A stretch of 59,730 nt of DNA, counting the filler, from Dirinaria sp. TL-2023a (lineage: Eukaryota), in NCBI GenBank assembly GCA_051941275.1. It is 4 parts of 4 records of this genome, joined end to end, with 100 filler letters (N's around TTAATTAATTAA, not from the genome) between each part and the next. Parts side by side here need not be neighbours in the genome. Positions count along the whole stretch, not along the records: positions 14,981 to 29,842 come from JAVEBF010000575.1; positions 29,943 to 44,797 come from JAVEBF010000576.1; 2 more parts are not named here. The stretch is one strand, 5' to 3'. A program made the translations under genes and the position numbers. The notes under the pieces are model-generated. The model worked only from the letters and a program-made list of their open reading frames with translations. It had not been told where the DNA came from and did not search any database. Below, in pieces: positions 23,842 through 36,932 of the stretch (position 1 is the first letter of the stretch; every line of letters starts with the position of its first letter).

Positions 23842-26644
23842 ATGGCCGAGTCCGTGGTGGCTATCGGGCTCGCCGCAAACATCGTCCAGCTGATAATCTG
23901 GGCGACCAAGATCGTGAAACGGATAGATGAATTCCAAGAGCGGAGCGACAAGGTTCCGAAGCTGTTCCGTGATATCAAAACCCAGCTACCACTACTTCTC
24001 GATACCCTCGGTGAGACCCAGAAACAAGCGGAACAGGGAGCGCTGGAAGAGAAAACACAAAAGGCGCTTGAGCCTGTCATAGAGGGATGTAAAACGGAAT
24101 GTAGCCGCCTTGAGGAGGTCCTCGATAAGGTACTGCCGACAGCGTCCGACCACAGATTGGGACGTAACATCAAAGCAATCTCAAGTGTAGCTCATGAAAG
24201 AAAAGTCAAGGATATCATTGAGACAGTACGGGTCTACATCCAGAATTTGACCTTCTATCAAACAGCACGAGCTGGCAGAGTGAATTTGGGGGAGTATCTG
24301 CACACTGCGAGGAGTCGCTCGCCGCAACCTGATTCCAGGAAGGTATTTCTGGTTCCATTTGAAAGAGATTATGATTACATCGATCGTGCCGGCATCATCC
24401 GTGAACTGGATGACCGGCGGAAAACGCATAGGCGTGTTAGCCTTACTGGCATAGGCGGAGCAGGGTAGATATCTATTCTTCAAAACTTGTATAGTATTGC
24501 TGATTTTCGTTTTCTAGCAAATCTCAGCTCGCAATCGAATACTGCTATCGCTTTCGTGAGCAAAATCCAAGCGCGAATGTTTTCTGGGTTCACGCCGCCA
24601 GCCTTGCGCAGCTTGATCAGGCGTACAGACAGATAGCAAGAAAGCTCAGCCTCGTAAGTGCCGCATCTTACTCGGACTATCGTATTCTAATTATCATGCC
24701 ATCTAAAAGCCAGAATGGGATGACCTTTCTCCGGACGCGTTCCAGATCGTTTCCGACTGGCTCAATGATGAAGACCATGGGCCATGGTTGATGGTCCTGG
24801 ACAGCGCGGATGACATTGACCTATTCTACCAAGGTACAGCGAAAGGCCCCATGAAAACACATCACCCGGGCATCGCTCAGTTCGTACCCCGAAGTCCGCT
24901 CGGTTCCATTGTTGTCACTACGCGCGACAGGCGCGTAGCAGAAAGGCTGGCAGATCGGAATAAGAAGAATGAGCCAATCAATGTCTCCCCCATGTCGGGC
25001 TCGGAAGCTGAAGAGCTTCTCCGTTCAAAGCTTCCTGATGAGCTTTTATCTGATAGCGCTGCTGCAGTCGAACTAGTTAGCGCACTCGGAAATTTACCCT
25101 TGGCTATTTCACAAGCAGCTGCTTTCATGACCGAGAACGGCATGGATGTAAGCGAGTACCTAGCTGCTTTCAGGGAAGACGAGGCCCAAGTTCTGAGTGT
25201 AGATCTAGGGGACTCTCGACGGCCTTCAGAGAACGGCAGCTCATTACTTCTCACATGGCAAATATCATTCAAACAGATCAGGGAGAAGGAGCCTCGCGCT
25301 GCTGAAATCTTGTCTTTGATGTCGGTTCTGGATCGCAACGCTATTCCTAAAAGCCTGCTTGTTAATGACAGCGAAAGCGCTACTGAGTTTAAATTCATCC
25401 GTGCGCTTGGAACACTGAAAGCCTTTTCGCTCGTAATCGCAGAGAAGGACGGAAATTTTGCACTCCACCGACTCGTTCAACTCTCTATGCGAAAATATCT
25501 TGAGGATGAAGGTACTGATACCCATTGGCAGGAGAAGGCGTTGATGGCTATGGTTAAGCATTACCCTCCTGGGGATTTCGATAATTGGAAAACATGCGAA
25601 GCTCTCTCCTCGCATGCACAGATAGTCATTGATTACGAATTTAAATCAGATGAGTGCCTGCTTCAGCGTGCAACTATACAGCACAATCTTGCTCGATTCG
25701 ACGGTCAGCAAAGCCGCTATGCCCTTGCGCACCAGAGGTACGAAGAGGTCATTTCTACACGCAAGCGAATTCTGGGCTCGGACCATCCAGACACTTTGCA
25801 AGGCATCTTTCATCTTGGGGAAATCCTCTACAAACAGTCAAAATACCGAAAAGCCGAAATCTTACTACGCGAGTGTCTCCAAGGGAGAGAGGGAGTGCTT
25901 GGGCCAACGCATCCTGACACTCTCATCACTGTGGGACAACTTGCGGAAATACTTCGAGGCTTGAAACGGTATCCCGAAGCCGAAGAACTCTATCGACGCG
26001 CACTTGCAGGAAAGGAGGACGATTTAGGAGACGACATAAACGCAATGAGGAATGCTGACAACCTGGGCTCTGTCTTTCGTGACGCTGGAGATCTAGAAGA
26101 AGCAGAGAAATGGGTCCGATTTGCATTCGAGGCCCGTGAAAGATCCACCGGTCCAACCAGTCCTGTTACATTGGAAAGCGTGAGCCATCTAGCCTATATC
26201 CTTCGTATGCGTGGGAGATATGACGAAGCAGAAGCCCAGAACAAACGAGCATTGGCAGGCTTCGAAAAAGAGTTAGGTCGTGAGCATCATTTTACGCTTC
26301 GCTCACTTGACGATCTGGCTACCGTTTTCTGGTGCCAAGGCAAGCTTAAGGCGGCTGAGGAACAGAATCGACGTGCATTAAGGGGCCTGAAAAACGTTTT
26401 AGGACCTCACCATCTTCGTACTCTTTCATCTACCAGTAAGCTAGCTAAGATATTACATATGCAGCGCAGATGGGCAGAAGCAATGGACCTTCTGAAAGGA
26501 GTTCTGAGAGTTAAACAGGAAGAATTTGGTGTTGACTCTCCCGAGGCTGAAGAGACTTCCCGAGAAATTGAACAATTATCAACCAAAGACGGAGAAAAAC
26601 AACTCGAGAGCGAAATTGGCCGGCTTACAGTCGAAGCGCCCTGA
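23842..26644 (+). CDS. Fungal NLR-like protein: SesA/HeLo-like N-terminus, NB-ARC, TPR repeats; introns 24465-24517 and 24654-24709
   Basis: N-terminus MAESVVAIGLAANIVQLI...LPLLLDTL. Walker A GIGGAGKSQLA forms across intron 1. Walker B LMVLDSADD, GSIVVTTRD, GNLPLAISQAAA, LHRLVQ. About 7 kinesin-light-chain-type 42-aa TPRs (LGxxHPDTL). Confidence 0.9.
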
Positions 26645-27149
26645 GATTTTCTTAATGTTGGTTGATCTTCGAGGTCCTCTGCCAGGCTCGCAACAGGAGA
26701 CATCATAAGGAAGCAAGGATCTTACAGTCCGGAGCTATCATACTTGACGCTCACTTTCACGCTCTAATAATTTTGCCTTCCACGATCCTCAGCTTGAAGC
26801 TTCGAGAACCACAATTGTTGTCTCCACCAAGCTAAGCCACTCTATCAAAACCAATACCTCCCCAATGATCCTCACGCCTAGCCACCTCTATTCCAACCCA
26901 GTACTAGCTCTCAGATCCTGCTGCAGATTCTGCTGCCATGTCTCGCCAATGCAGGTTTGTAGGATGTATCCGACCTGGCACAAATACTACGTTCGCAGCA
27001 CGCCAGACGAGCCCAGCGGGCTGGACCGAGATCGGCGCGACGAAACGTGCTTGGGGAGTGTTGGAGCAACGATAACCATAGTCAGGTGACCCTCTCTAGC
27101 ACTGATTAATTTCAAATTTGTGGATCAGTAAGGTCCATACCTCGGCTTG

Positions 27150-29842
27150 TAGTAGCCTGCATGGTTTGACGGCTGAGTCAAATCGCAAGTTCCTAATTCG
27201 TTAGGTTAAATAGATAAGTCAAGGAACAGCGATATGAGGGAAATATACAGATGATTAATATGGATGTCTCCTTCAGTAGGAGCTGTATGACAGGCCATAG
27301 CGGGAATTCGATGTCTTGGAAAGTTAGTAAGAGGCCTGTGATGACACAGAAATACAAGCTTGATAGCATTCTAATACGCCACTCCAAGCTCGATATATTT
27401 ATCCTCAGAATTTAAAAGTTGAAGAGCTGGGTTATGAGCCCGGAACGGGCGAGTAACAACCTATCTCTTTAGGTGTAGGGAAGGTTCAAGATTTAGTGTT
27501 CATCTCATTACTGACATCCTTCTAATCAGAATACAGCTTGCCTAATGGCGAGGAATCGGTATTTCGCTCCAAGGCGCTGCTTTGCAAATTACTAATTTTT
27601 CAAACTTTGCTTAACCAAAGCACGACTCGTGCGTATCAGTTCTTCACGTCTTGTAGTTCAGAGGCTTCTAAGATCTTCGCCGCCTTCGAGCAGCTTTCAA
27701 GAATGCCTGGCTTGTTTCGATTTTCTTGCCTCAACTTTACCTGCAATTTAAGGGGCATCAGGACCAGGCCTCTTACTATTTCTCACCGAACGTCAATCAT
27801 CGTCGACATATCTAACTACAGAATCATATATTCACGGCTTCACCCAAAGAGGTATCTTTCAGTGTCACGGATTTCACTCTTAAATCTTACCAGCCCAAAC
27901 GTGAGAGAATTACAGCTGTAGATAGTATCTCTCTTCGATTACTTGCTGAACGCTGTTCATTGGCGAATTTATCTCCGATTCTCATTATAAATAGAGTTCA
28001 ATCATCTATATTTTCCCTTCACATCGAGCTCTACCACTTCTTCCACTGGAACAATTGCTCCTGTGTCGTTCGCTCTTGAGCAACGCAAATGAATAGATAT
28101 CCATCGTTAGTTCTCTCTCTTGACAGAAATAATTGCTCAATCAGAAGCTCAGAGGTTGATGATGTCTATTTCAAGTATGGTACAATCTGTCCTTTCTCGA
28201 TAATTATTTGCAAGCACTGCAAGCTCATTGCTTGGTCCTTTCCTGCTGTTCCCTCTTTTCTCTGATGAATCTACTATATCTAACTTTCAATACGAATTCT
28301 GAAGCATCCGCCGCTCATCGATCTTTCGTCGTCTTCACCTTCAATATCATAAGTCATTCTAACGCTCTAGCTTCTACCGGCACATAGAAACTCCTGAAAC
28401 CCATCCTCCGACCTCTATCTACCAGTACAAATTTTCCTGGCATCCCAAACAACACACAACAGCAACGACCTAACCTTGTCAACTACGCCAACACCATCTC
28501 CACCCCCCCTTACTCATCTTCCCTCAACAGCAATAATAGACCCGTCATGATTGGCAACATCAGAATCAATATAAATACCTACTTGGCCATAGCTTGTTCC
28601 TGCAATGCCTCTCTACATGCGAAGCACGCCGGACTAGAAGCGATTCTACGTCATTTCGCACCGAGTCAAGCCGCCTCTGACGAAGGAGCGTAAATGAGCA
28701 TCCCCCCATCGAATGGAAGATACGATAAGAAGTGCTAGTTTGCGCAAATATAGGCTCTGAGCAGTGGAGAAATACGATGCCAAGAAAAGCTTCGAATTTG
28801 GAAACCTTCCGACCTCGTTCTAGAACTATACCTCAGATAGGAGGCTCATCAATGAGTATTGACTTTTTCTCCTATATGTTCTCGTTGAAACTTGCGAAAT
28901 GTGTGCAGATCTAATCGAGCGTCTTGCGATGTCGCTGATCTACCATTTTTCTAATACAAAGACCTGCTTTGCAGACCGAATTCGGAGATACTAATGAGAC
29001 CATGCATGACTTTTGATGCTTTGATAGAATCATAGAACGCACAGAGATGCGCATCCATGGAATTCAAGCCAAGAGCAAAGAATTGCTGACTCTCAATTTG
29101 TACTCTAGATGAGCAGGAAAACTGTCAAGAGAGTCATCCACATAGCTCTCATGAGCGAAGAAGATCAGGGTTTAGCAGGCAGTGTACGATCGTATCAAGA
29201 GTCCCCCACGATGGAGAATTTCTCAATTTACTTGAAAGCTCAGCTGAAGAGAGTCAAAGACGAGCGAGGCTGATTTACAGCAATAAATTTCACGCTGATG
29301 AAACATCAAGAAGTCGAGTCTCGCGCAGACTCGAAAAGAATCAGAAGAAGTCTTAAACACACTACTAGCTCAACGAAGCTTGGAAGTGGATTCGCAAAGC
29401 TAGGAAATCGAGCTTGAGGGGTAAACGTCGAAAGAGGTTGATTTGCTCAGAGAGAGAGAGAGACTTCGTTTCGTCAAGAAACAAAGTCGTCATCAGAGAA
29501 CACAAGGTTCATGAAGCAGCTGAATGAGTCAAACTAGCGAAACGGCGTGTTGAAGATGCTCGACTCGCGACAAAGTAAACCCAAGATTAACGTCGCATGT
29601 GGAGGAAAGGGGAAACCAAAAGAAAAGAAAAGGAAAAGGAAGAGTATAAGTAAAGCGGAAAGTACTCGAATAGAAATCTAATATAATAACATTGAACAAA
29701 TAGGAGCGCGGGAAGATGAATATCCCGAACCCCATCTTGTCCAACACTGTAGTACTTTGCGCCCAGATATATCTAACTCATTGTATCCCCTTCTCCCTGA
29801 TCTTCAAATTAAGTTATAGGAGTCAGCAGCGTAGACAGATAT
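27150..29842. pseudogene. Decayed coding-like region (gene or transposon relics)
   Basis: No long ORF in about 2.7 kb, more AT-rich than its neighbours. Minus-strand frames read as protein punctuated by stops (e.g. ILESCSKAAKILEASELQDVKN*YARVVLWLSKV*). Confidence 0.35.
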
Positions 29843-29942
29843 NNNNNNNNNNNNNNNNNNNNNNNNNNNNNNNNNNNNNNNNNNNNTTAATTAATTAANN
29901 NNNNNNNNNNNNNNNNNNNNNNNNNNNNNNNNNNNNNNNNNN
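29843..29942. other. Artificial contig linker (N44-TTAATTAATTAA-N44)
   Basis: Same 100-nt spacer. Confidence 0.97.
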
Positions 29943-29953
29943 GAAAAAAAACA

Positions 29954-32866
29954 TCACTCCAACAACCCAACCACCAAATCCAACACCTCCTCCACACTCC
30001 TCCCCGCATTCCCCGGATCCTTAGCCACACCCGCCCAGACCTCTCCATGCCTAGGTTCGCTCAGGACACACTTAGCACCCACATCAACCTTCTTCTCCTG
30101 CGTACCATGCATCCTCAAAAACTTCACATACCACCCCCACGTATCCCCCAGATCGCTGTCGAGCAGTATGGCCTTCTCGAACCAGGAGGCGGCTTTATCG
30201 AGCTTGCGCTCGGCCCAGAAGACGCGCGCGACGGTGACGAATAAAGTAGGGTCGTTGTCGACTTTCTTGATGGCTTCCAGGCTGCGCGGTTTGCGCTGCG
30301 TGCGGGGTTCCAGGTGCCAGATGGATTCGCTCCAGAGCAGGCCCGAGGCGGGACATTCCTGCAGGGCTTGGGCCATGAGCACTTTTGCTTGCGGCAGATT
30401 GTTCGCGCGGCGCTCCACGCGGACGGATTCTGTCCAGAGGCGGTCGTTTTTCGGGTTCGCCAGCCGCGCCCGGTCGAGTACCGAGCGCGCTTTGACGATC
30501 ACGTGCATCCGCTCTTCGAGCCGGGACCAGAGCAGCCAGAGCGGGATCGAGGTCGGGCAGGGCCGCACGCCGGTGCTGTACGCTTCGCGCGCCTGCGGGA
30601 GTTTGCCTTGGGATTCGTAGATTTGGCCTTTCTGCATCCAGAGCTTGGCGGCTTTGGGGTAGAGTTGGAGACCTTGGTTGACGAGGTCGAGCGCTACCAT
30701 GTCGTTTTTTTGGACGCGTTCAAACGCCACGGATTTTATCCACACGCGGTCTGTGCCGGCGTCGGTGCGTGCGGTTTGGAGGAGACCTCGGGCTTCGTCG
30801 ATTTTTTGGTGGTCGGATTCGAGTTTGATCGCTTGCAGGTAGATGTTCTCGCTGTTTGGGTTTTGGTTGAAGGCGGACGCGAGCACCTTCCGAGCGTCGT
30901 CGAGCTCGCCGGAGAGACGGGCTAGTCGGAGCCAGAGCGCTTCCGCTTGAGGGACTGCTTCCACGGCTTTCTCGAGGACGGTACGCTCGCTTTTTTGGGT
31001 TCCGTGATTGCGTTCCAGGTCAGCTGCTTGGGACCATGTCTTCTTGGAGGTGACAAAGATACGGAGACTGGTTGCGAGAATGGCTCGAGCCGTTTCATAT
31101 TTGCCTCTGCTAATGCTGTTCTTCGCGTCTTCGAGGAAGATCTCTTTGCGGTCATCGTCTTCGTCCAATCCGTAAGCTAGTGTTTCCCTGATTATGGCAC
31201 CACAGGTGAGCACGGCGCCTTCTTCTTCGCATAGCTCGGCCTCTGTAATCCATTCTTCTCGCTTTAGCATAGCAGACTCTCGAACTAATGACTGCACAGC
31301 ACGCTTCATCAGCATTCCTACTCTGTCGTTCTGACTCAATTGCTCCTGTAGCCTTGCTGCTTGGATCCAGATCTTGTGGTTCTTGGGCAGCGCCATACGA
31401 GCCTTGTTCAAGACTTTTTGAGCATTCTCAGGGGTCTCAAGGCGTGCTAGCGCTAGCCATAAATCTTCTGATAGAGGGACTTCTTCTACAGCCCTTGCCA
31501 ACAGCAGCCTTGCATCGCTTTCTGATGCCTCTAGATTTACGGCAGATTTCCACAGCGCCACGGATTTGGGCATGATATCCAGCGCTTTCCGAATAACGCG
31601 CTTTTTGGATGCCGGATCGCTTTCTAGTTCCATGGCAGCTTCCCATAAACGGACAGAATTCGGATTTTTCGTGATTGCGTTCGCAGCAATAACTTTAGCG
31701 TTATGTATCTGCTCTCTGGACATACGGATTGCCTCGAGGTAGATGTCGTCACTGTTTGGACATATTTCGGTGCCTTGGCTGAGTAGCTGCCTTGCCTTTC
31801 CCATCTTCCCAGCGATTTCCTCGAGTCTTGCGGCAGCAATCCAGCCAGGGGCATGCTTCGGGTTGGTTTTAATAACAGACTCAAGCAGGACTCGCACGCG
31901 GTTAATGTCACCAACTTCTGCTTGCTGGCCTGAATTGAGTTCTGATTTGGATAGGCTTGTCAAGTAGCCTTTTGGGTCTATGTTTGTAGAAGTCCCAGAA
32001 ACAGTATCTGTCCCTGAACCCTGAGCAGCTTGATCCAATCTTACTTGTAATACTTTATCCCGTGCGGCACCGATGTCAGCAAAGTTCGTGAGAGTCCCAT
32101 CCACATTGTCTGCTCCGTTCGCTTGAAGCCCATCGTCATTCACTGTCGTATCCATTTGGGTGGAGTCCCTCGCGCCAGCAATGACACTGTCCGGTACTGC
32201 GTAGAACCTCTGCCGTAAGTTCTGCTTCGTCCTTCTGTTCTTGCCAGTTAGGTCTCCCACTTCGGGTAGGTTCGCCCAATCTTCGTCGGATACACTGGCA
32301 AGACTTCGTTTGAGGTCCGCAAATTGCTGCTGGATCTTGGGGTTGTTGGCTTCATAACGGCGCCGCTCTTCTGCTTCGCGAGCTTCCCTAGATATGGCGA
32401 AGGAATTCAAGTCGGTAATCTGTTCATTCAAACCAGAGGTATATGATAAACCACATGCTTCAATGGAGAGGAGAAAGGGGTCAAGGGAATGTGAAACGAA
32501 CCTCCGTTGCTTCCGTCGTCTTTCCATCTTCTCGTCCACTTCCTGGTATATCCTATCTGCCTCGTCGTCGTCTCGATCATAAGCGCCATTGGCGAAAAGG
32601 CCGACTTCGTTCTCCGGGTCCTGAAACCGATCATCGTCCTCATCGTTTTCCTCCTTCTTTTCAGGCGCGCCGTAGGCTGTTGGTGGTGCTTGGCCTAATT
32701 GTGCGGCTCGTTTCGCTAGAGCGTCCTTGATCTGATCCTCACTTGGGCCTGACCGTGCCGGACCTAAATCGGATCTGGTTGTAAAGCCCGTCGCCCCTCG
32801 CCCCAGGCCAGCAACGTAATTCTCCGGCGCCGCTTGTGTCAGGAAAGACTGACGTCCAGACATCAT
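29954..32866 (-). CDS. PRP6: U4/U6.U5 tri-snRNP splicing factor Prp6 (HAT/TPR repeats), intron 32388-32501
   Basis: APENYVAGLGRGATGFTTRSDLGPAR N-terminal motif, NPKIQQQFADLKR, TNPKHAPGWIAAARLEE, EPRHGEVW C-terminus. Confidence 0.95.
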   Translation of the reverse strand: MMSGRQSFLTQAAPENYVAGLGRGATGFTTRSDLGPARSGPSEDQIKDALAKRAAQLGQAPPTAYGAPEKKEENDEDDDRFQDPENEVGLFANGAYDRDDDEADRIYQEVDEKMERRRKQRRFVSHSLDPFLLSIEACGLSYTSGLNEQITDLNSFAISREAREAEERRRYEANNPKIQQQFADLKRSLASVSDEDWANLPEVGDLTGKNRRTKQNLRQRFYAVPDSVIAGARDSTQMDTTVNDDGLQANGADNVDGTLTNFADIGAARDKVLQVRLDQAAQGSGTDTVSGTSTNIDPKGYLTSLSKSELNSGQQAEVGDINRVRVLLESVIKTNPKHAPGWIAAARLEEIAGKMGKARQLLSQGTEICPNSDDIYLEAIRMSREQIHNAKVIAANAITKNPNSVRLWEAAMELESDPASKKRVIRKALDIMPKSVALWKSAVNLEASESDARLLLARAVEEVPLSEDLWLALARLETPENAQKVLNKARMALPKNHKIWIQAARLQEQLSQNDRVGMLMKRAVQSLVRESAMLKREEWITEAELCEEEGAVLTCGAIIRETLAYGLDEDDDRKEIFLEDAKNSISRGKYETARAILATSLRIFVTSKKTWSQAADLERNHGTQKSERTVLEKAVEAVPQAEALWLRLARLSGELDDARKVLASAFNQNPNSENIYLQAIKLESDHQKIDEARGLLQTARTDAGTDRVWIKSVAFERVQKNDMVALDLVNQGLQLYPKAAKLWMQKGQIYESQGKLPQAREAYSTGVRPCPTSIPLWLLWSRLEERMHVIVKARSVLDRARLANPKNDRLWTESVRVERRANNLPQAKVLMAQALQECPASGLLWSESIWHLEPRTQRKPRSLEAIKKVDNDPTLFVTVARVFWAERKLDKAASWFEKAILLDSDLGDTWGWYVKFLRMHGTQEKKVDVGAKCVLSEPRHGEVWAGVAKDPGNAGRSVEEVLDLVVGLLE

Positions 32867-33037
32867 GGACAACAGTTTCTGGTCAAAAAACTAAACCTAG
32901 TCAATCAGTTTACTCGCGACATAGCAAAAAGCTCTCAAATGTGGGATTATTGGTTAATGGAAGCAGACAAGTCTCTCGCACAAAGTCAAGCAGGGAGTCA
33001 TTTGAAGACTTGGCGCGCTTAAACCTCGGCGCACTGA

Positions 33038-33051
33038 GCTTATCGATAAGC
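33038..33051. promoter_or_regulatory. Perfect 14-bp palindrome GCTTATCGATAAGC in the PRP6/DIM1 divergent promoter
   Basis: Seen directly in the roughly 300-bp head-to-head intergenic region. It consists of two inverted, overlapping CGATAAG half-sites. Confidence 0.5.
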
Positions 33052-33163
33052 ACATTTAATAGTGATCAAACATAAGAGATCATTATTTCCGAGTCGGTTC
33101 ATGTTCTGATTGTTGGGAGTTGGAAAATGACCTACGAGGGTAGCAAAGTTGCGAACTGATAGA

Positions 33164-34413
<1,250 letters not shown>

Positions 34414-34917
34414 TTTCAATGTTAAATGCCAACTCGCTATAGCTAGGCGCTATGGCTTGGAGTTTCCTATGCACGGAGGCATGTGGAAGATCTTTGGTTT
34501 GCAAACCAACTATGCCTTGGCTGACTGCCGGCTAAGCACATGCGTCTTATGCTCCCGAGACAAAGCATTTGGCTGATGGAGCATAAATATGTTAAGAATT
34601 ACCAGTGAAGTGCCAAGGAATATGACCCAACAAAATACGGCGGGGTTCTTCGATTGAGCGATTGGTGAGTAAGCGGTGCCACGCAGGAGTGAAGCATAGT
34701 GGCAGTCGCTGTTCTGGACGTTCATGAAGGGTTTCAAAAGGCTCCAGAGTGCGCGCTCGAACCCCGAGGATGGGAATACTTGACAATTTAGGACGTAGGA
34801 AATGTACTTCGGGCTAGTCCGGAGCACATCCGGCACTTACATCGATCAAGAGCTCAATTCTCTGGAATATGGACTTGAGACTTCTACCCATACGTCAATG
34901 CTAGCTCGAGTTATGGT

Positions 34918-36932
34918 TCAGCCCAAATCTCTGAGATGAGCGCTAGATCCCTCAAAAAGACTTTGATAGACGAAAGCTTCGCTGAGTAACATTTCGATGT
35001 CTTTTTCGGTCCAGTTCCTCGTCGGCAGCGCTTGCAGGAACATCATGATCTCCTACCGGTCGTCAGAGGGTTCGGGATAGCGAGCTGCGGTTGTTCGAAC
35101 TTACTTGGAAATCCATCTTTAAGAGCTGTTCAGACCATTTGACGAGGAACGCAGCACAGACATAAAGATGGAAAGTCGAAAATCCTTGTTCTTCTGCCAG
35201 ATATGTGTCCCACATTCGTATCGTATTCTGCACATGTACTTCTCGCATTAGCAAGCAGTTCATCCACCGGAAGCTAAATTGCATGAATTCTATGCCCTCG
35301 GTCTCAAGATGCTTCGCAAGCTGCGAATCAATACGAGTCGTGAGATCGCGAAGAGAGTTAACCTGGCGTACTATGCCGGGCTGCGCGGAAATGTAATTAT
35401 CTTGAATCCCGTCTAGAAGCTTTGTGAGACACCAGAAAGAATCGGCTTCCACCGCATCGAGGACTGGCTTTGGAAGCTGGCCAGGATCCATTCCACTTTC
35501 GATATCTGAGTCAGTGATATAACTACCGAGGAAAACTTGCCAGAAAGGAGTCACTAGATCGTTGATGCCCTGGACATAGCCACTGGCCGGATGTCGTATT
35601 GCCCAAACGTAAAGAATACGCTCTAGAGATCGTTGTGTTGCTTCATAGCTGTAGAGCTTGAGATGTGGCGAGGTTCGTGGGACATCAATGGAGATCTGAT
35701 GCCATAAAGCCTCATCCATTCCTCTCGACCTCGTGTTGCCAGTGAGTGGAGGCCTCGCGTAGTTCGCACCATGCCCAGAGCCTCCGCGCTCAAAGGCTTG
35801 CCTCACGCCTTCTAGGTAGTCCTTGCGCTTTCTTTCCAGTGTTGCTACACGGCGCTCGCTGCTTGTTGGCAAGTAACCAAGCAAGACCTGCCACGACATT
35901 GCCCGAACCTCCTCAGGAATCCCGGACCAAGAAGCTTTGCGAAGATCTAAAAGGGATATTGAGCTAGCCTGCAATATACTTTTGAACTTGTTGATCCTGG
36001 AAATGCGTGTTGAGTAGGCTTCTGCGACTTTTGGTTCTGCATTCAATGGCAATGTTGGGTGTCTGATTAGATGGAGAGAATTTGCTGGATCGCGAAGTAT
36101 CTCTTTGTACTGAGGCCGGAGAATTTTGCCTTCACTTTTCTTAGCTGTAGGGTAAACCGGTGCGCCCCGTTCTTCTGCAATGTCCGAGCTATTGGCCCTT
36201 GCTCGACCACTCGAGTTCGCTTCGAGCTTAGACATATCAAAAGTTCCATTAGATCGGCTGCCTCCTGGATCATAAGATTTATTGTCGAGTATCCTTTTAA
36301 TTTTCTTCCCTGCAGTAGATAAACTGGGCAGTCCAAATTCGTCTTCCTCTGGCCCTTCTGCATGGACAATACTGCTCGCCATTTCGTCTTCTTCATCTTG
36401 GTCATCACTGGCCCAGTCGTGATTCGTCCTCGATATGGAACGCGTATACAAAGGGCGTAGGGAGGGTGAAGTTAGTGATGATGTGGATCTTGCCGGGGGT
36501 GTATGTGCAGTCCGACCGACGCTTCTGGGTCCAGAATTAGGGGTTTGAGGTCTCGAATTAGATGGTGTGAAGGATCTTCCTGTCTCATGAGCTTGCAGCT
36601 CGTATAGGTAGCAACGGGCACTCACAAAGAGTCGAAATTGAGCATGTCCGCATGCGAGTAAGAAGCTCCCACCACCAACTTAGGCTCTGATGCTTTCTGA
36701 GACTCGTTCTTGTTGCTACTTGGGCGATTACGCCAGAGAGGTGAAGCCGACCTGCTGATGTCCGTTCAATCTAAAGTGACCCTAAAACTGATACGGAGCT
36801 TTGTGGGAGCTGACAGCGAACATACTCATTGGCATCTGCTCAAGAAAGCTTGGAATCAGCACACTATAGCTCTACTGTAACGCAAATAATCTTCTAGAGT
36901 CATAGGATCAAGTACGAACCAACCTGGACCAT
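34918..36932 (-). CDS. GYP1: TBC-domain Rab GTPase-activating protein (Gyp1/TBC1D22), multi-exon, with 5' microexons
   Basis: IDVPRT (R finger), SGYVQGINDL (Q finger), FRWMNCLLMRE. Last exon EIMMFLQALPTRNWTEKDIEMLLSEAF...LG*. The 5' exon structure (13-nt and 10-nt exons) is inferred. Confidence 0.9.
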
